This document shows positions 35,101 to 43,656 of a DNA stretch of 64,000 nt, piece by piece. Position 1 is the first letter of the stretch; each line of letters begins with the position of its first letter. The notes below the pieces were generated by a model. The model worked only from the letters and a program-made list of their open reading frames with translations, was not told where the DNA came from and made no database searches. The DNA is from a virus, in the IMG/VR virus record IMGVR_UViG_3300045988_179183, one strand, 5' to 3'. A program made the position numbers and the translations under genes.

Positions 35101-35132
35101 TAAAGATACACAATATTTATCTATTCTCCAAA
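35101..35132 (-). promoter_or_regulatory. Promoter (-33 TTTG / -7 TATCTTTA)
   Basis: TTTG-N20-TATCTTTA, 40 nt upstream of GTG 35060. Confidence 0.65.
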
Positions 35133-35160
35133 TGTTTTCACGGAAAAGTTCATGTAAAAA

Positions 35161-35188
35161 GATAAAAAGAGGAGGAAAATTCCTCCTC
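35161..35188 (-). terminator. Rho-independent terminator after 35195..35500
   Basis: gaggagg/cctcctc stem (35169-35175 / 35182-35188), then a T-run on the minus strand. Confidence 0.7.
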
Positions 35189-35194
35189 GCATGG

Positions 35195-35500
35195 TTACTC
35201 AACATTTAAGACCCAGATATAATTATCGTGCCCAAACTTCATTGTTACCCGTTTCACCCCCTGCGCCTGCTCCAACAAGGATTTTCCACTCGGTGAATAA
35301 AACGCTTGATGAGATAAATACTGTGTGACATCTTTCCCGGTCAACTCATTGTAGCTTTGACCGATACCTTTTGTTGAAAAACTGTCAACGATCCAGAAAC
35401 TCAACTCCCCGAAATTCTCAAGGACCATGAGCTGAACTCCCTGATGTTTGACAATACCCAAACAAACTTCCCAGATATTGTTTGTTAATAACTCCGCCAT
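35195..35500 (-). CDS. Hypothetical protein
   Basis: 101-aa ORF. Confidence 0.5.
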   Translation of the reverse strand: MAELLTNNIWEVCLGIVKHQGVQLMVLENFGELSFWIVDSFSTKGIGQSYNELTGKDVTQYLSHQAFYSPSGKSLLEQAQGVKRVTMKFGHDNYIWVLNVE

Positions 35501-35501
35501 A

Positions 35502-35822
35502 TTAATCTAAATTTGTACCGAGAATCTTCTTTTCATAGAATCGCTTCATCTCGGCATCGTGTTTTCGAACCTTTTTATTTCTCTCCATTATCCATCTCTT
35601 TTTATCATCATTGGAGAGAGAATCGAACCGTGCGAGATTAAACCCCACACCCCCTTCATTTTTCACATTCACCATCTCAACTTCTTGGTTACAATGATCG
35701 CAAACAAGCCGCTCCTTTGGTGTGAGATGTCCATCCCGAATCACGTAACTGACCGAATTAAAATGAATTTCTTCATTGTACTTGTCGCATTTCTCATTTC
35801 GACAATAAAATTTCGTCGCCAT
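35502..35822 (-). CDS. Zinc-ribbon protein
   Basis: CRNEKCDKY ... CDHCNQ (two CxxC pairs). Basic C-terminus. Confidence 0.5.
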   Translation of the reverse strand: MATKFYCRNEKCDKYNEEIHFNSVSYVIRDGHLTPKERLVCDHCNQEVEMVNVKNEGGVGFNLARFDSLSNDDKKRWIMERNKKVRKHDAEMKRFYEKKILGTNLD

Positions 35823-35823
35823 A

Positions 35824-36357
35824 TCAAAAATTTTTACGTTTTAAGTACATCGCGATGAGCAAACTATCGCATTTATTATCATCCATCTTCGTTGATCTTT
35901 CAGTTCTTCTAAGATCAACGGTGGGGAATAATTTCTTGCAGGCCTTGATAGAGGTTGCCTTCGTATCAGTTACCTCGGTCTTCCCGGACGATGATTTCTT
36001 CTTAATCAAACCCACGCCCTCCCACATAACCTTTTGCCATTCCTTCGGCTGTGGGTTAACAATGGTGATGCCTTTTGCCGCGACGAGACCGTTCAGCACC
36101 CCGGTTATATAACCGAAGTTAAACGTACTACCTGCCGACGCACCGAATAATGCATGAACCGATTCAATACCAACGATAATATCCATACCCTCAAACCGAG
36201 TGAATATACCCTCAATAACACCCCTAATGTGCCACAGATCGAATTCCGCTTTCGGATCTTTTTGAATCGGTATAAATTCAATCTCTTCATACGGTGGCAA
36301 GATACATATAAAACCCGCTTTTCCGGGATCAATTCCAATATAAACCTTCTCTTTCAT
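35824..36357 (-). CDS. RuvC-like Holliday junction resolvase
   Basis: N-terminal VYIGIDPGKAGF, GIESV, and C-terminal DDNKCDSLLIAMY fit the RuvC D-E-D-D layout. Confidence 0.7.
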   Translation of the reverse strand: MKEKVYIGIDPGKAGFICILPPYEEIEFIPIQKDPKAEFDLWHIRGVIEGIFTRFEGMDIIVGIESVHALFGASAGSTFNFGYITGVLNGLVAAKGITIVNPQPKEWQKVMWEGVGLIKKKSSSGKTEVTDTKATSIKACKKLFPTVDLRRTERSTKMDDNKCDSLLIAMYLKRKNF

Positions 36358-38354
36358 TATTCTATCCTACTTATGTCGTTTTCCTTGATAACCTTCAAAA
36401 CCTTACTTCCAACCGCTTGGTTCACAACGTGAGTCGTTATCAGTATGGGAAATGAAAATTGATTCAATGATTTCACGAGGGATTTTAAACCCAGCGCATC
36501 GATTCCTTCCGCTATCTCATCCGTGAACAAAAAATTCAAACCGTTATGTTTACTTGAATTATTGATCATTTTCTGTTGTGCGAGTACCATCGCGTATTCC
36601 AATCTACCCCTCTCACCCCCTGAAAAAGAATTGAACGGCATCGCTTCATCCCTTATGATTGTCGGTGTGATCTCCTCCTTGATTGTACCATCGGCCTTTC
36701 TTTTGAAACCGTCAATACTAACTCGCAAATCGGACCCCATATCTTTCAACATCTCATTACAATTATATTGTATCTCCTTGATACTGATATTCGCAAGGTA
36801 CATTCTGAATTCTTTATATTGAATGAGCCAAACCCTCATATTTTCAATCTCCGACTCAACCTCTTTTAAAAGGTTATCGATATCTTTTAGAGTTACCTGG
36901 GCCTCGTATAAATCTGTCCTTCTTCTCGTTATTTCCTCGTTCCATGAATCACTCGGATCTTTCTCACTTATTTTTTTAATACATTCTTCCCATTTCGTTA
37001 TCTCATCCCTGCTATCGAGTATACTTTTTTCCTCCAATTTAATACGTCTATTATTGTTTTCAATCATCGATTGATTTTTATCGATGTCTTCTTCAATTTG
37101 AAGAATATTTTTCCTTAAAGACGATAATTCACGGGAAAAAGATATCTCGATCTCCCTTTCCGATTTTAATGAGTTCGTTGATTCGCAGCTTTCGTCCTCC
37201 AATCGCGATAAATCGTTCCTTAACGATTGGATGGATTTTTCAATCTCTTTTTTCAACGAAAGAATTTCCACCTTCTTCGATTCCTCTTCGTCAACATCCG
37301 AATCCTCATCAACGAGGAATCTATGGCCGCACTTGGGGCAGGTAATAACACCCGCGAGTTTCTTGTTTATCTCACCAAGCGCCATTTCAATTTCACGTTC
37401 AGTATCAACCGCGTCCTTTACTGCTGAATTCAATTCAATCTCTCTCTCTCGATAACCCTTCAAGCTCGCTTCGATATCACCGATTTTTCTATTTATCAAT
37501 GAATGTTCATCAACTTTTCGTGAGAGCGAATCGGTGTATTCCTTTAATTTCTTATTAACGGATACCAACTCCCCTTTAATATCCTCGTTTTCAGTCGAAA
37601 GACGGTCAATCGTTTTTCTACTCAATTCGATTGAATTTTCATAATTATCTATCTCATCCCTGTACTTTGATATCGCCTCCTCTTTCGCTTTCTCAAACTT
37701 CTCAAGAGAACATTCATTAATCTGTTCTTCGAGAACCGAAATTTTTCCTTGAATAAATGATTTTTTTTCAAGAATGTCCGCCCTTTCATGTTCCTTCGTT
37801 GATATCCCGACTTTGATATCATTATCAATATCATCAAGAAAACCTACGTTACTAAATCGGGCCATCAACTGAAGTTTTTGCGAATTTGATGATGAGAAGA
37901 AAGATGCAAAACGCTCCTTGTTCACTATATAATAATTACTCAGATCCTCCTTTGTGATACCGATCCATTCGATGATTCGATTATTCCCATCGTTCACTGT
38001 GGCGAATTGAATTGGTTCATCATTGATATAGAGTTCAAGTTTGTTACCCTTTCTCGTTAAAACCCTTTTGATGTGAAGAACTTGATCTCTTACCGCGCAA
38101 TAAATCCATGATTCGATAACCGATTCATTTTGGCCCCTTCTAATTAAATCGATGTCTCGGACATTCTTTCTAGAAGTATAATCGAGCCAACATTTCTCTA
38201 TCGCGGATTGAATCGCAGTCTTCCCACTTCCATTACTCTCCTGACCCTCATCGGATCTATTCTCACCAACCAGAAGCACCGGTCCTTCCTCGAAATCATA
38301 CTCAAGTTCCTTGAACGAAAGAAAATTCGTTAACTTTAATTTTATCGGTTGCAT
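36357..38354 (-). CDS. Rad50/SbcC-like ATPase (gp46-like)
   Basis: N-terminal Walker A ESNGSGKTA, long coiled coil with a CPKC zinc hook, signature FSGGERGR, Walker B LLFTDE. Confidence 0.8.
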   Translation of the reverse strand: MQPIKLKLTNFLSFKELEYDFEEGPVLLVGENRSDEGQESNGSGKTAIQSAIEKCWLDYTSRKNVRDIDLIRRGQNESVIESWIYCAVRDQVLHIKRVLTRKGNKLELYINDEPIQFATVNDGNNRIIEWIGITKEDLSNYYIVNKERFASFFSSSNSQKLQLMARFSNVGFLDDIDNDIKVGISTKEHERADILEKKSFIQGKISVLEEQINECSLEKFEKAKEEAISKYRDEIDNYENSIELSRKTIDRLSTENEDIKGELVSVNKKLKEYTDSLSRKVDEHSLINRKIGDIEASLKGYREREIELNSAVKDAVDTEREIEMALGEINKKLAGVITCPKCGHRFLVDEDSDVDEEESKKVEILSLKKEIEKSIQSLRNDLSRLEDESCESTNSLKSEREIEISFSRELSSLRKNILQIEEDIDKNQSMIENNNRRIKLEEKSILDSRDEITKWEECIKKISEKDPSDSWNEEITRRRTDLYEAQVTLKDIDNLLKEVESEIENMRVWLIQYKEFRMYLANISIKEIQYNCNEMLKDMGSDLRVSIDGFKRKADGTIKEEITPTIIRDEAMPFNSFSGGERGRLEYAMVLAQQKMINNSSKHNGLNFLFTDEIAEGIDALGLKSLVKSLNQFSFPILITTHVVNQAVGSKVLKVIKENDISRIE

Positions 38355-38355
38355 G

Positions 38356-40356
38356 TTAATCCAATTTTATCTGTTTACGTATTTCCTCCAATAATTCCGG
38401 GTTGTCGGATAGTACTGTTTTAACATTCACCTCTCCTTGACCCAGACTCGTTCCATTATAGGAGAACCAACTTCCGTTCTTCTTGATGATACCCTGCTCG
38501 ATCGATAAATCTAATATTTCTTGCATGATATCGATCCCCTTACCGAAAGCGATTGAAATCTCCGCCTGCTTAAACGGGGGTGCTATTTTGTTTTTTTTAA
38601 CGGTGACCTTGCTCCGAATAGCGGTGACATCGTCACCCTCTTTTTTATTACCCATCCTGCAAATCTCGATACGCTGGGATGCGTAAAATTTCATCGCGTT
38701 TCCTCCGGGTGTTGTGTTCGCCGCACCCATAAATCCGATATTACTTCGGTATTGATTTATGAATATAACCAACGTCTTATTCTTCTTTGCCTTCTGCGCT
38801 ATAAGGGGTAACTCCGCGCTCATCAACCGAGCGACTAATGCGATCACGGCATCACCGACCTCACCATCTATCCTCGCCTTGGGTACTAACGCGGCGATGG
38901 AGTCAAGGATAATTATACCAATATCCGGGCAATCCAACATCCTCCTCATGATGGAAAGGGCCATCTCTGCCGAATCTGCCTGACTTAACACAAACTTTTC
39001 CGGGCTCAAATCAACCCCGAGTGCCCTCATATAATCAGGATCCATTGCTTGCTCGGTATCGATATAACCCGCCGAGCGACCCATATCCTGTACTTCCCTG
39101 CACGCGTGAATGGCGAGGGAAGTATTATGTGTTATAACATGATCCTCAAGCAAATATGAATGATCGGGTGAATCTATGCTAATACAAGTACATTCGCCTG
39201 CATCAACCTCATCTATTGCGACAACCTTTCTATGACACCCCCTTCCTGTGAGAAGAGCGGCTTTACTATGCTTTCTTTTGCAACTAAATGGATTGAACGT
39301 CACCCTCAACGAAATAGAGTAATAGGAAAAACCTTTCGTGTTATGACATAATTTAACCGGGGACGTATATCCACCTAAACTTTGAACAAGATAAATGATA
39401 TCGTTTATAAGTTGAAGTGATGCGCTTGTATATGATACAACACTTGCCGAAACGCAACCATCCGTATCCATTAATCCCGCCAACAGATCCCTTCTTTGCG
39501 AAATAGAACCGTTGAGATAGTTTTTTGGTATAAACTTATCGGACGAAGGAACTCGAATACCTAATCGATCAAGTTCAGAAATATATTCATTTTCACGACT
39601 ATAAATATCCTTTACAATTCGATATTGAGAACAATTTTTCTGATTTCTACAAACAGTTATCCTGTAACCATCATTTAATTCTAATTTAACTCGATCGATA
39701 ATATCGGAATCAGTGTTTCCTATCGCCATAGTGGGATAACAATGGAGGCATCCATCGCCAAGAAGAACCCCCAAAATATAAGGAGAGATAAAACAATCAA
39801 TAGGTTCTCTCTCTAAAGGTTTGCATAAAGGAATCTCCCATCTATAATTAGGCTTTGTTATGCCCCTCCTATAATCACTCGGAACGCGATTTCTTAAAAC
39901 GCCTTTTTCTATCATTGATTTAAGCGTTCTGGGTGCATATTTTCGAATATGAGGGTTACCCATATCTTTTGCGAACCAAATATGGTCCTCCGAGCATATT
40001 TTTTCAACACCATCAATAAACCGAACCTTATATAATCGTTTTATTCCTTGAGGATAAACACCGGTTACAGGATAAAGGTTTCCATCCGACGCGTAAACCT
40101 TATCCCCTATTCTTAAACTCTCAATAGGCGTGAGACCTTGTTCCGTAAATATCTTTGTACCATTCTTTAGGGCTTTGCCACTCGATTCATGTCCGAATAT
40201 CTCAACCAGCCTACCCAGTCCGTAACCACCACCTAGCGCTCTATCTAGAATCAACGAACCCGATGGCACTCTCTCAACATCTATGTAACTACCACATATT
40301 GCTTCCTTGCCGAACTCTTTCTCAATTCCGGCAATCATACTTTTTAAATCCATCAC
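38356..40356 (-). CDS. recA: RecA recombinase, interrupted by one intein in the P-loop
   Basis: The exteins align along their whole length with bacterial RecA: GRLVEIFGHESSGK|TSLAIHA, IDTEQAMDPDY, ILDSIAALVPKA, IFINQYR, GGNAMKFYASQR, KNKIAPPFKQAE. Confidence 0.9.
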   Translation of the reverse strand: MMDLKSMIAGIEKEFGKEAICGSYIDVERVPSGSLILDRALGGGYGLGRLVEIFGHESSGKALKNGTKIFTEQGLTPIESLRIGDKVYASDGNLYPVTGVYPQGIKRLYKVRFIDGVEKICSEDHIWFAKDMGNPHIRKYAPRTLKSMIEKGVLRNRVPSDYRRGITKPNYRWEIPLCKPLEREPIDCFISPYILGVLLGDGCLHCYPTMAIGNTDSDIIDRVKLELNDGYRITVCRNQKNCSQYRIVKDIYSRENEYISELDRLGIRVPSSDKFIPKNYLNGSISQRRDLLAGLMDTDGCVSASVVSYTSASLQLINDIIYLVQSLGGYTSPVKLCHNTKGFSYYSISLRVTFNPFSCKRKHSKAALLTGRGCHRKVVAIDEVDAGECTCISIDSPDHSYLLEDHVITHNTSLAIHACREVQDMGRSAGYIDTEQAMDPDYMRALGVDLSPEKFVLSQADSAEMALSIMRRMLDCPDIGIIILDSIAALVPKARIDGEVGDAVIALVARLMSAELPLIAQKAKKNKTLVIFINQYRSNIGFMGAANTTPGGNAMKFYASQRIEICRMGNKKEGDDVTAIRSKVTVKKNKIAPPFKQAEISIAFGKGIDIMQEILDLSIEQGIIKKNGSWFSYNGTSLGQGEVNVKTVLSDNPELLEEIRKQIKLD
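39124..40173 (-). mobile_element. Intein (350 aa), Ala-1, class-3-like (WCT) with LAGLIDADG endonuclease, in RecA
   Basis: Begins ALKNGTKIFTEQG (Ala, not Cys/Ser). Block B SEDHIW, block F ECTCISID..DHSY, ends VITHN|T. ILGVLLGDGCL and LLAGLMDTDGCV are the LAGLIDADG motifs. Confidence 0.8.
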
Positions 40357-41411
40357 TCAACGTATTTTTTCAGGAAATTATATCCCGCGTTAAAATCATA
40401 TTTTTTCTCGTCACAGAATTTTTTAAACACATCTTTCATACTTGCCCTCGACACCGGATTATTTTCTTCCCCGTTAACGGGAGCAACATCACACTCTATA
40501 TCCTTTCTCCGCTTCTTCACAACAATACCCTTCTCCGTGAAAATTTCATCAGCAAGTGATTTAAGTTTACTTTCAGATCCGATAAATTCAATTTTCACGT
40601 TTGAATTCGATGTGTCTTGCTCTTCAGCGAGCTTAACTAGCTCTGATTTCGATATGTTATCTAGGTCAACCTTGAATGAACGGTATTCCCTGAATCGTGC
40701 CTTCTCAAAAATCACCTCGCCGTCATCACATAGCAACCAAAAGCCTTTTTCCGGATCCTCGCCGAAATTATTCTGCCTTATCGAAGATAGGTGATATATT
40801 CCCTGTGATACTTCTTGAGCGTTGTGATAGTGGCCGAGATAAACTCTCGTGAAGGTTTCTTTCAATAACTTGGGTGTGATCTTGCTTATGACTTTTGAGC
40901 CGTCATTGTTGACACTCCCCGTTAACGCGGTATGACTCAACAATACCTTGGGTGCCGATGCCGCGATACCGTTCTCGGAGATCTTTCTCCTCAACTTCTC
41001 ATACCTCTCCAACCATATTTCAGTGTCATAAAACGGTATAACACCCACCGCTAGATCTTGAATTGATATTAATTCCTCGGTTCTGTGAAGGTGAAATGCC
41101 GGGTGATGATAAAACGGATCCAAAAAACTACTATCACTTTTATAATCAGTCTTATCATGGTTTCCGGGAATACAACTCAGACCCATGTGATTCTCCCTGA
41201 TCATGTCAAGTATCGCCGTGAACGCATTCAAAACTTCCTCTCTCTGTGAAATCCTACTATCGAACACATCTCCCAAACAGAGCAATGTCTTGCAATCATG
41301 TTGTTGTGCAAGTTTGATCTGCTGATCGATAAGATCTTTCACGATAGCTATATTAGATTGTTGTAGATGCCAATCCGTTGAGATGACACCTATGACTCTA
41401 TCCTTATCCAT
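40353..41411 (-). CDS. Mre11/SbcD-like nuclease (gp47-like)
   Basis: Calcineurin-like phosphoesterase motifs: STDWHL, LGDVFD, PGNHD, LSHTAL, LGHYHN. Confidence 0.85.
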   Translation of the reverse strand: MDKDRVIGVISTDWHLQQSNIAIVKDLIDQQIKLAQQHDCKTLLCLGDVFDSRISQREEVLNAFTAILDMIRENHMGLSCIPGNHDKTDYKSDSSFLDPFYHHPAFHLHRTEELISIQDLAVGVIPFYDTEIWLERYEKLRRKISENGIAASAPKVLLSHTALTGSVNNDGSKVISKITPKLLKETFTRVYLGHYHNAQEVSQGIYHLSSIRQNNFGEDPEKGFWLLCDDGEVIFEKARFREYRSFKVDLDNISKSELVKLAEEQDTSNSNVKIEFIGSESKLKSLADEIFTEKGIVVKKRRKDIECDVAPVNGEENNPVSRASMKDVFKKFCDEKKYDFNAGYNFLKKYVE

Positions 41412-41426
41412 ATTTCATATTGATAA

Positions 41427-41450
41427 AAGAAAGGGTGTTACCCCTTTCTT
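41427..41450 (-). terminator. Hairpin at the stop of 41449..42759
   Basis: aagaaaggg/ccctttctt 9-bp stem, 6-nt loop, with T-rich flanks on both strands. Confidence 0.4.
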
Positions 41451-42759
41451 ATTTTTTTCGATTAAGAATGTTTCTTAAAGAAGCTTTCACATCTTTCGGA
41501 TCGTGAACCTTAACACCTGTATCCTCCTGTTTTACCTCTCTTTTTTCGGTTACCGGTGATGCATTGGGCACTTCATCCATGACTCCGGGTTCATCCCCCT
41601 CTATTTCATCAAACGGTAATTCTTCCCCCTCCATCGCGAGTTGATACCACTTAACAAGATCCTCTTTCGATAAATTCGGTAAGGTATACCCTTCGTCGGA
41701 ATAATTGGATGCTATATACTCACGAAGCATTTTTTTCATCTTCAGTGGTGTCACTTCATTCGATTCTTCTTTTTTAAATGCCTGCTCGACCTCATCCTCG
41801 GCAACTTGTTTCGGTTCCGGAACGATTTCATATAACTTACTTACAAGTTCTTCAAAATCTGGATCACGCAACACGTCGAACTCCGGGTGTTGCGCTTCGA
41901 GATTCTTCAACCCCTCTAACGCAAGATTCAAATCACGAGTTGTGTAGCAGTCAACGTATAATTCTTTCAAGGATGGCTGACCTACCAATCTTTCTAATTC
42001 CGAATCGGAGATCTTACATTTTTCAAAGAAATCTTCCCATGATTGTCCAACCGTGGGTTTTCCCGCCTCAACATCGTAATAAACTCTTTCCTTTCCGTTC
42101 TGCGTTTTAGTTCCCTTCACAATAATCAACGGGAAACCATCGTCAGGTGATGAGAACATATCCAAGGATACTTTATTGCACTCTTCCGCCAATTCGATTG
42201 ATTTCTTGTGCAATAAATTGAACCAATTTGTTCTCAATTCGAGACGATACAAATCCCTTTTTGCATCCTGCACGTAGCAGACCCAGGTTGATTGAGGAAT
42301 ACACCCAGGTTTCCAATTCTTTCCCGATCCCCCACCCTGTATCGGAAATAAGAATTTCTTCTTATCATTCTCATCCTGAAAATCTTCCGCTTTTTCAAAC
42401 ACCTTTTGGATGTAGAACTCAACGGGATCCTGAAGACCTGATTCCTTAACCGCGTCACAGTGGGTTGTTGCGATGAAAATTTTCTTATTCTTCATCACTT
42501 TCCGCCCTGTTTTCTCACCGTTTTCCCATTCGTCATCTAAAACGGGTAACTGCGTTGTACGCATCGCGACGTACGCCGCCGTTTCCGGGTCTGATGATGG
42601 TAGCACGCGGAGCCAATTTCGTCCGTCGCTGATTGTGTAAAAGGGAGCTCGTCGTCCATCGGTTTGATAAAATGTTTTATTCGTTTCCTTCTGTTTCTGT
42701 TCCTCTTTCTGAATAGTCTCAAAACTTGATGCTTTAAATCTACTTCTGTCAAATGCCAT
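41449..42759 (-). CDS. Possible ssDNA-binding protein (gp32-like)
   Basis: N-terminal ...DGRNWLRVLPSSDPE recalls the gp32 ...IRFLPS segment. Acidic EGEELPFDEIEGDE region. Sits in the replication/recombination block. Weak call. Confidence 0.35.
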   Translation of the reverse strand: MAFDRSRFKASSFETIQKEEQKQKETNKTFYQTDGRRAPFYTISDGRNWLRVLPSSDPETAAYVAMRTTQLPVLDDEWENGEKTGRKVMKNKKIFIATTHCDAVKESGLQDPVEFYIQKVFEKAEDFQDENDKKKFLFPIQGGGSGKNWKPGCIPQSTWVCYVQDAKRDLYRLELRTNWFNLLHKKSIELAEECNKVSLDMFSSPDDGFPLIIVKGTKTQNGKERVYYDVEAGKPTVGQSWEDFFEKCKISDSELERLVGQPSLKELYVDCYTTRDLNLALEGLKNLEAQHPEFDVLRDPDFEELVSKLYEIVPEPKQVAEDEVEQAFKKEESNEVTPLKMKKMLREYIASNYSDEGYTLPNLSKEDLVKWYQLAMEGEELPFDEIEGDEPGVMDEVPNASPVTEKREVKQEDTGVKVHDPKDVKASLRNILNRKK

Positions 42760-42779
42760 AACTTTACGTTTTAAATTGT

Positions 42780-43055
42780 TTAATTAATCTTTTTACTTAA
42801 CTCTGATAATCTACTTAAAAATTCGTCCTTCAATAAATGATATTTATTTAACAATGAACTTAAATCACTAGCCGTATCAAATGACACTCTCTCAACTGCG
42901 AGAGATATCGCCCTTTCTAAAGTGACACCGTATGCTAAATCTTTCGAATATGATTCCTTGATTTTCTCGCCGCTTCTTATTTCGAACACGTCATATCTAC
43001 CAAGGGTACCCGGGCAGGGTTTGATCTCAATATTCTCAATTATTAATGAATCCAT
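42780..43055 (-). CDS. Hypothetical protein
   Basis: 91-aa ORF. Confidence 0.5.
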   Translation of the reverse strand: MDSLIIENIEIKPCPGTLGRYDVFEIRSGEKIKESYSKDLAYGVTLERAISLAVERVSFDTASDLSSLLNKYHLLKDEFLSRLSELSKKIN

Positions 43056-43056
43056 G

Positions 43057-43623
43057 CTATAATCCTTTCTTGATTAAAAATGTGTTTACTTTTGCTTCAA
43101 CTAATTCGGATAAAAATTCCTCCGGTGATACGGGTCGAACTATCGAACTTAACTTCTTACTTTTATCATTGATCGCCCAGAACCAAGAATCCAAAATATT
43201 CAACATTCTCTGATTCTCAATCATATCATCCTTCAACGCCTGAAATTCAGTGTCAGTATAGATAGCTTCATCAACTGATTTCTCCGTTAATTTGATATAA
43301 TCATCACCGAATTTAAACTTTCCTTGATTTTTATTCGCTTCGATACGGATATCCTTGCGAAAATTCGCCTCGTAAATATCACATTTCAATTTACTCCTAT
43401 TGTATAGCGCCTCTGCTTCCGCCTTCCAGATCCCCACCTTGTTCAACAATGCTGAAACGGTCACTATCTCGCCGTACAAATTTCCATGATCGATCCTGCA
43501 CAAAGCGTCAATATCTATTTCATCTTCCGAATCCTCCGATATCAGCACAACAGGCCTATTTCCTATATGAACAACAGTATTCATCTCTTCTTGTTTTCGT
43601 TTACGTCGTTTAAAGATACCCAT
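43057..43623 (-). CDS. Hypothetical protein
   Basis: 188-aa ORF between the SSB-like gene and dnaE. Confidence 0.5.
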   Translation of the reverse strand: MGIFKRRKRKQEEMNTVVHIGNRPVVLISEDSEDEIDIDALCRIDHGNLYGEIVTVSALLNKVGIWKAEAEALYNRSKLKCDIYEANFRKDIRIEANKNQGKFKFGDDYIKLTEKSVDEAIYTDTEFQALKDDMIENQRMLNILDSWFWAINDKSKKLSSIVRPVSPEEFLSELVEAKVNTFLIKKGL

Positions 43624-43656
43624 TCAAAAATCAAATCACAACAACCAAAATAACCG

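Larger units (their letters stand above)
35085..35190 (-). repeat. Terminator-promoter cassette, copy B
   Basis: Near-identical to 26262-26370. Confidence 0.9.

Noticed and set aside
41449-42759. Nested minus-strand ORFs 42234..42458 and 42537..42752, and similar nested ORFs (12621..12845, 24292..24480, 36105..36338, 37649..37837, 48909..49115, 19606..19794)
   Set aside because: Each lies entirely inside a longer ORF in another frame, with Arg/Ser-rich or otherwise atypical composition and no independent start signal.
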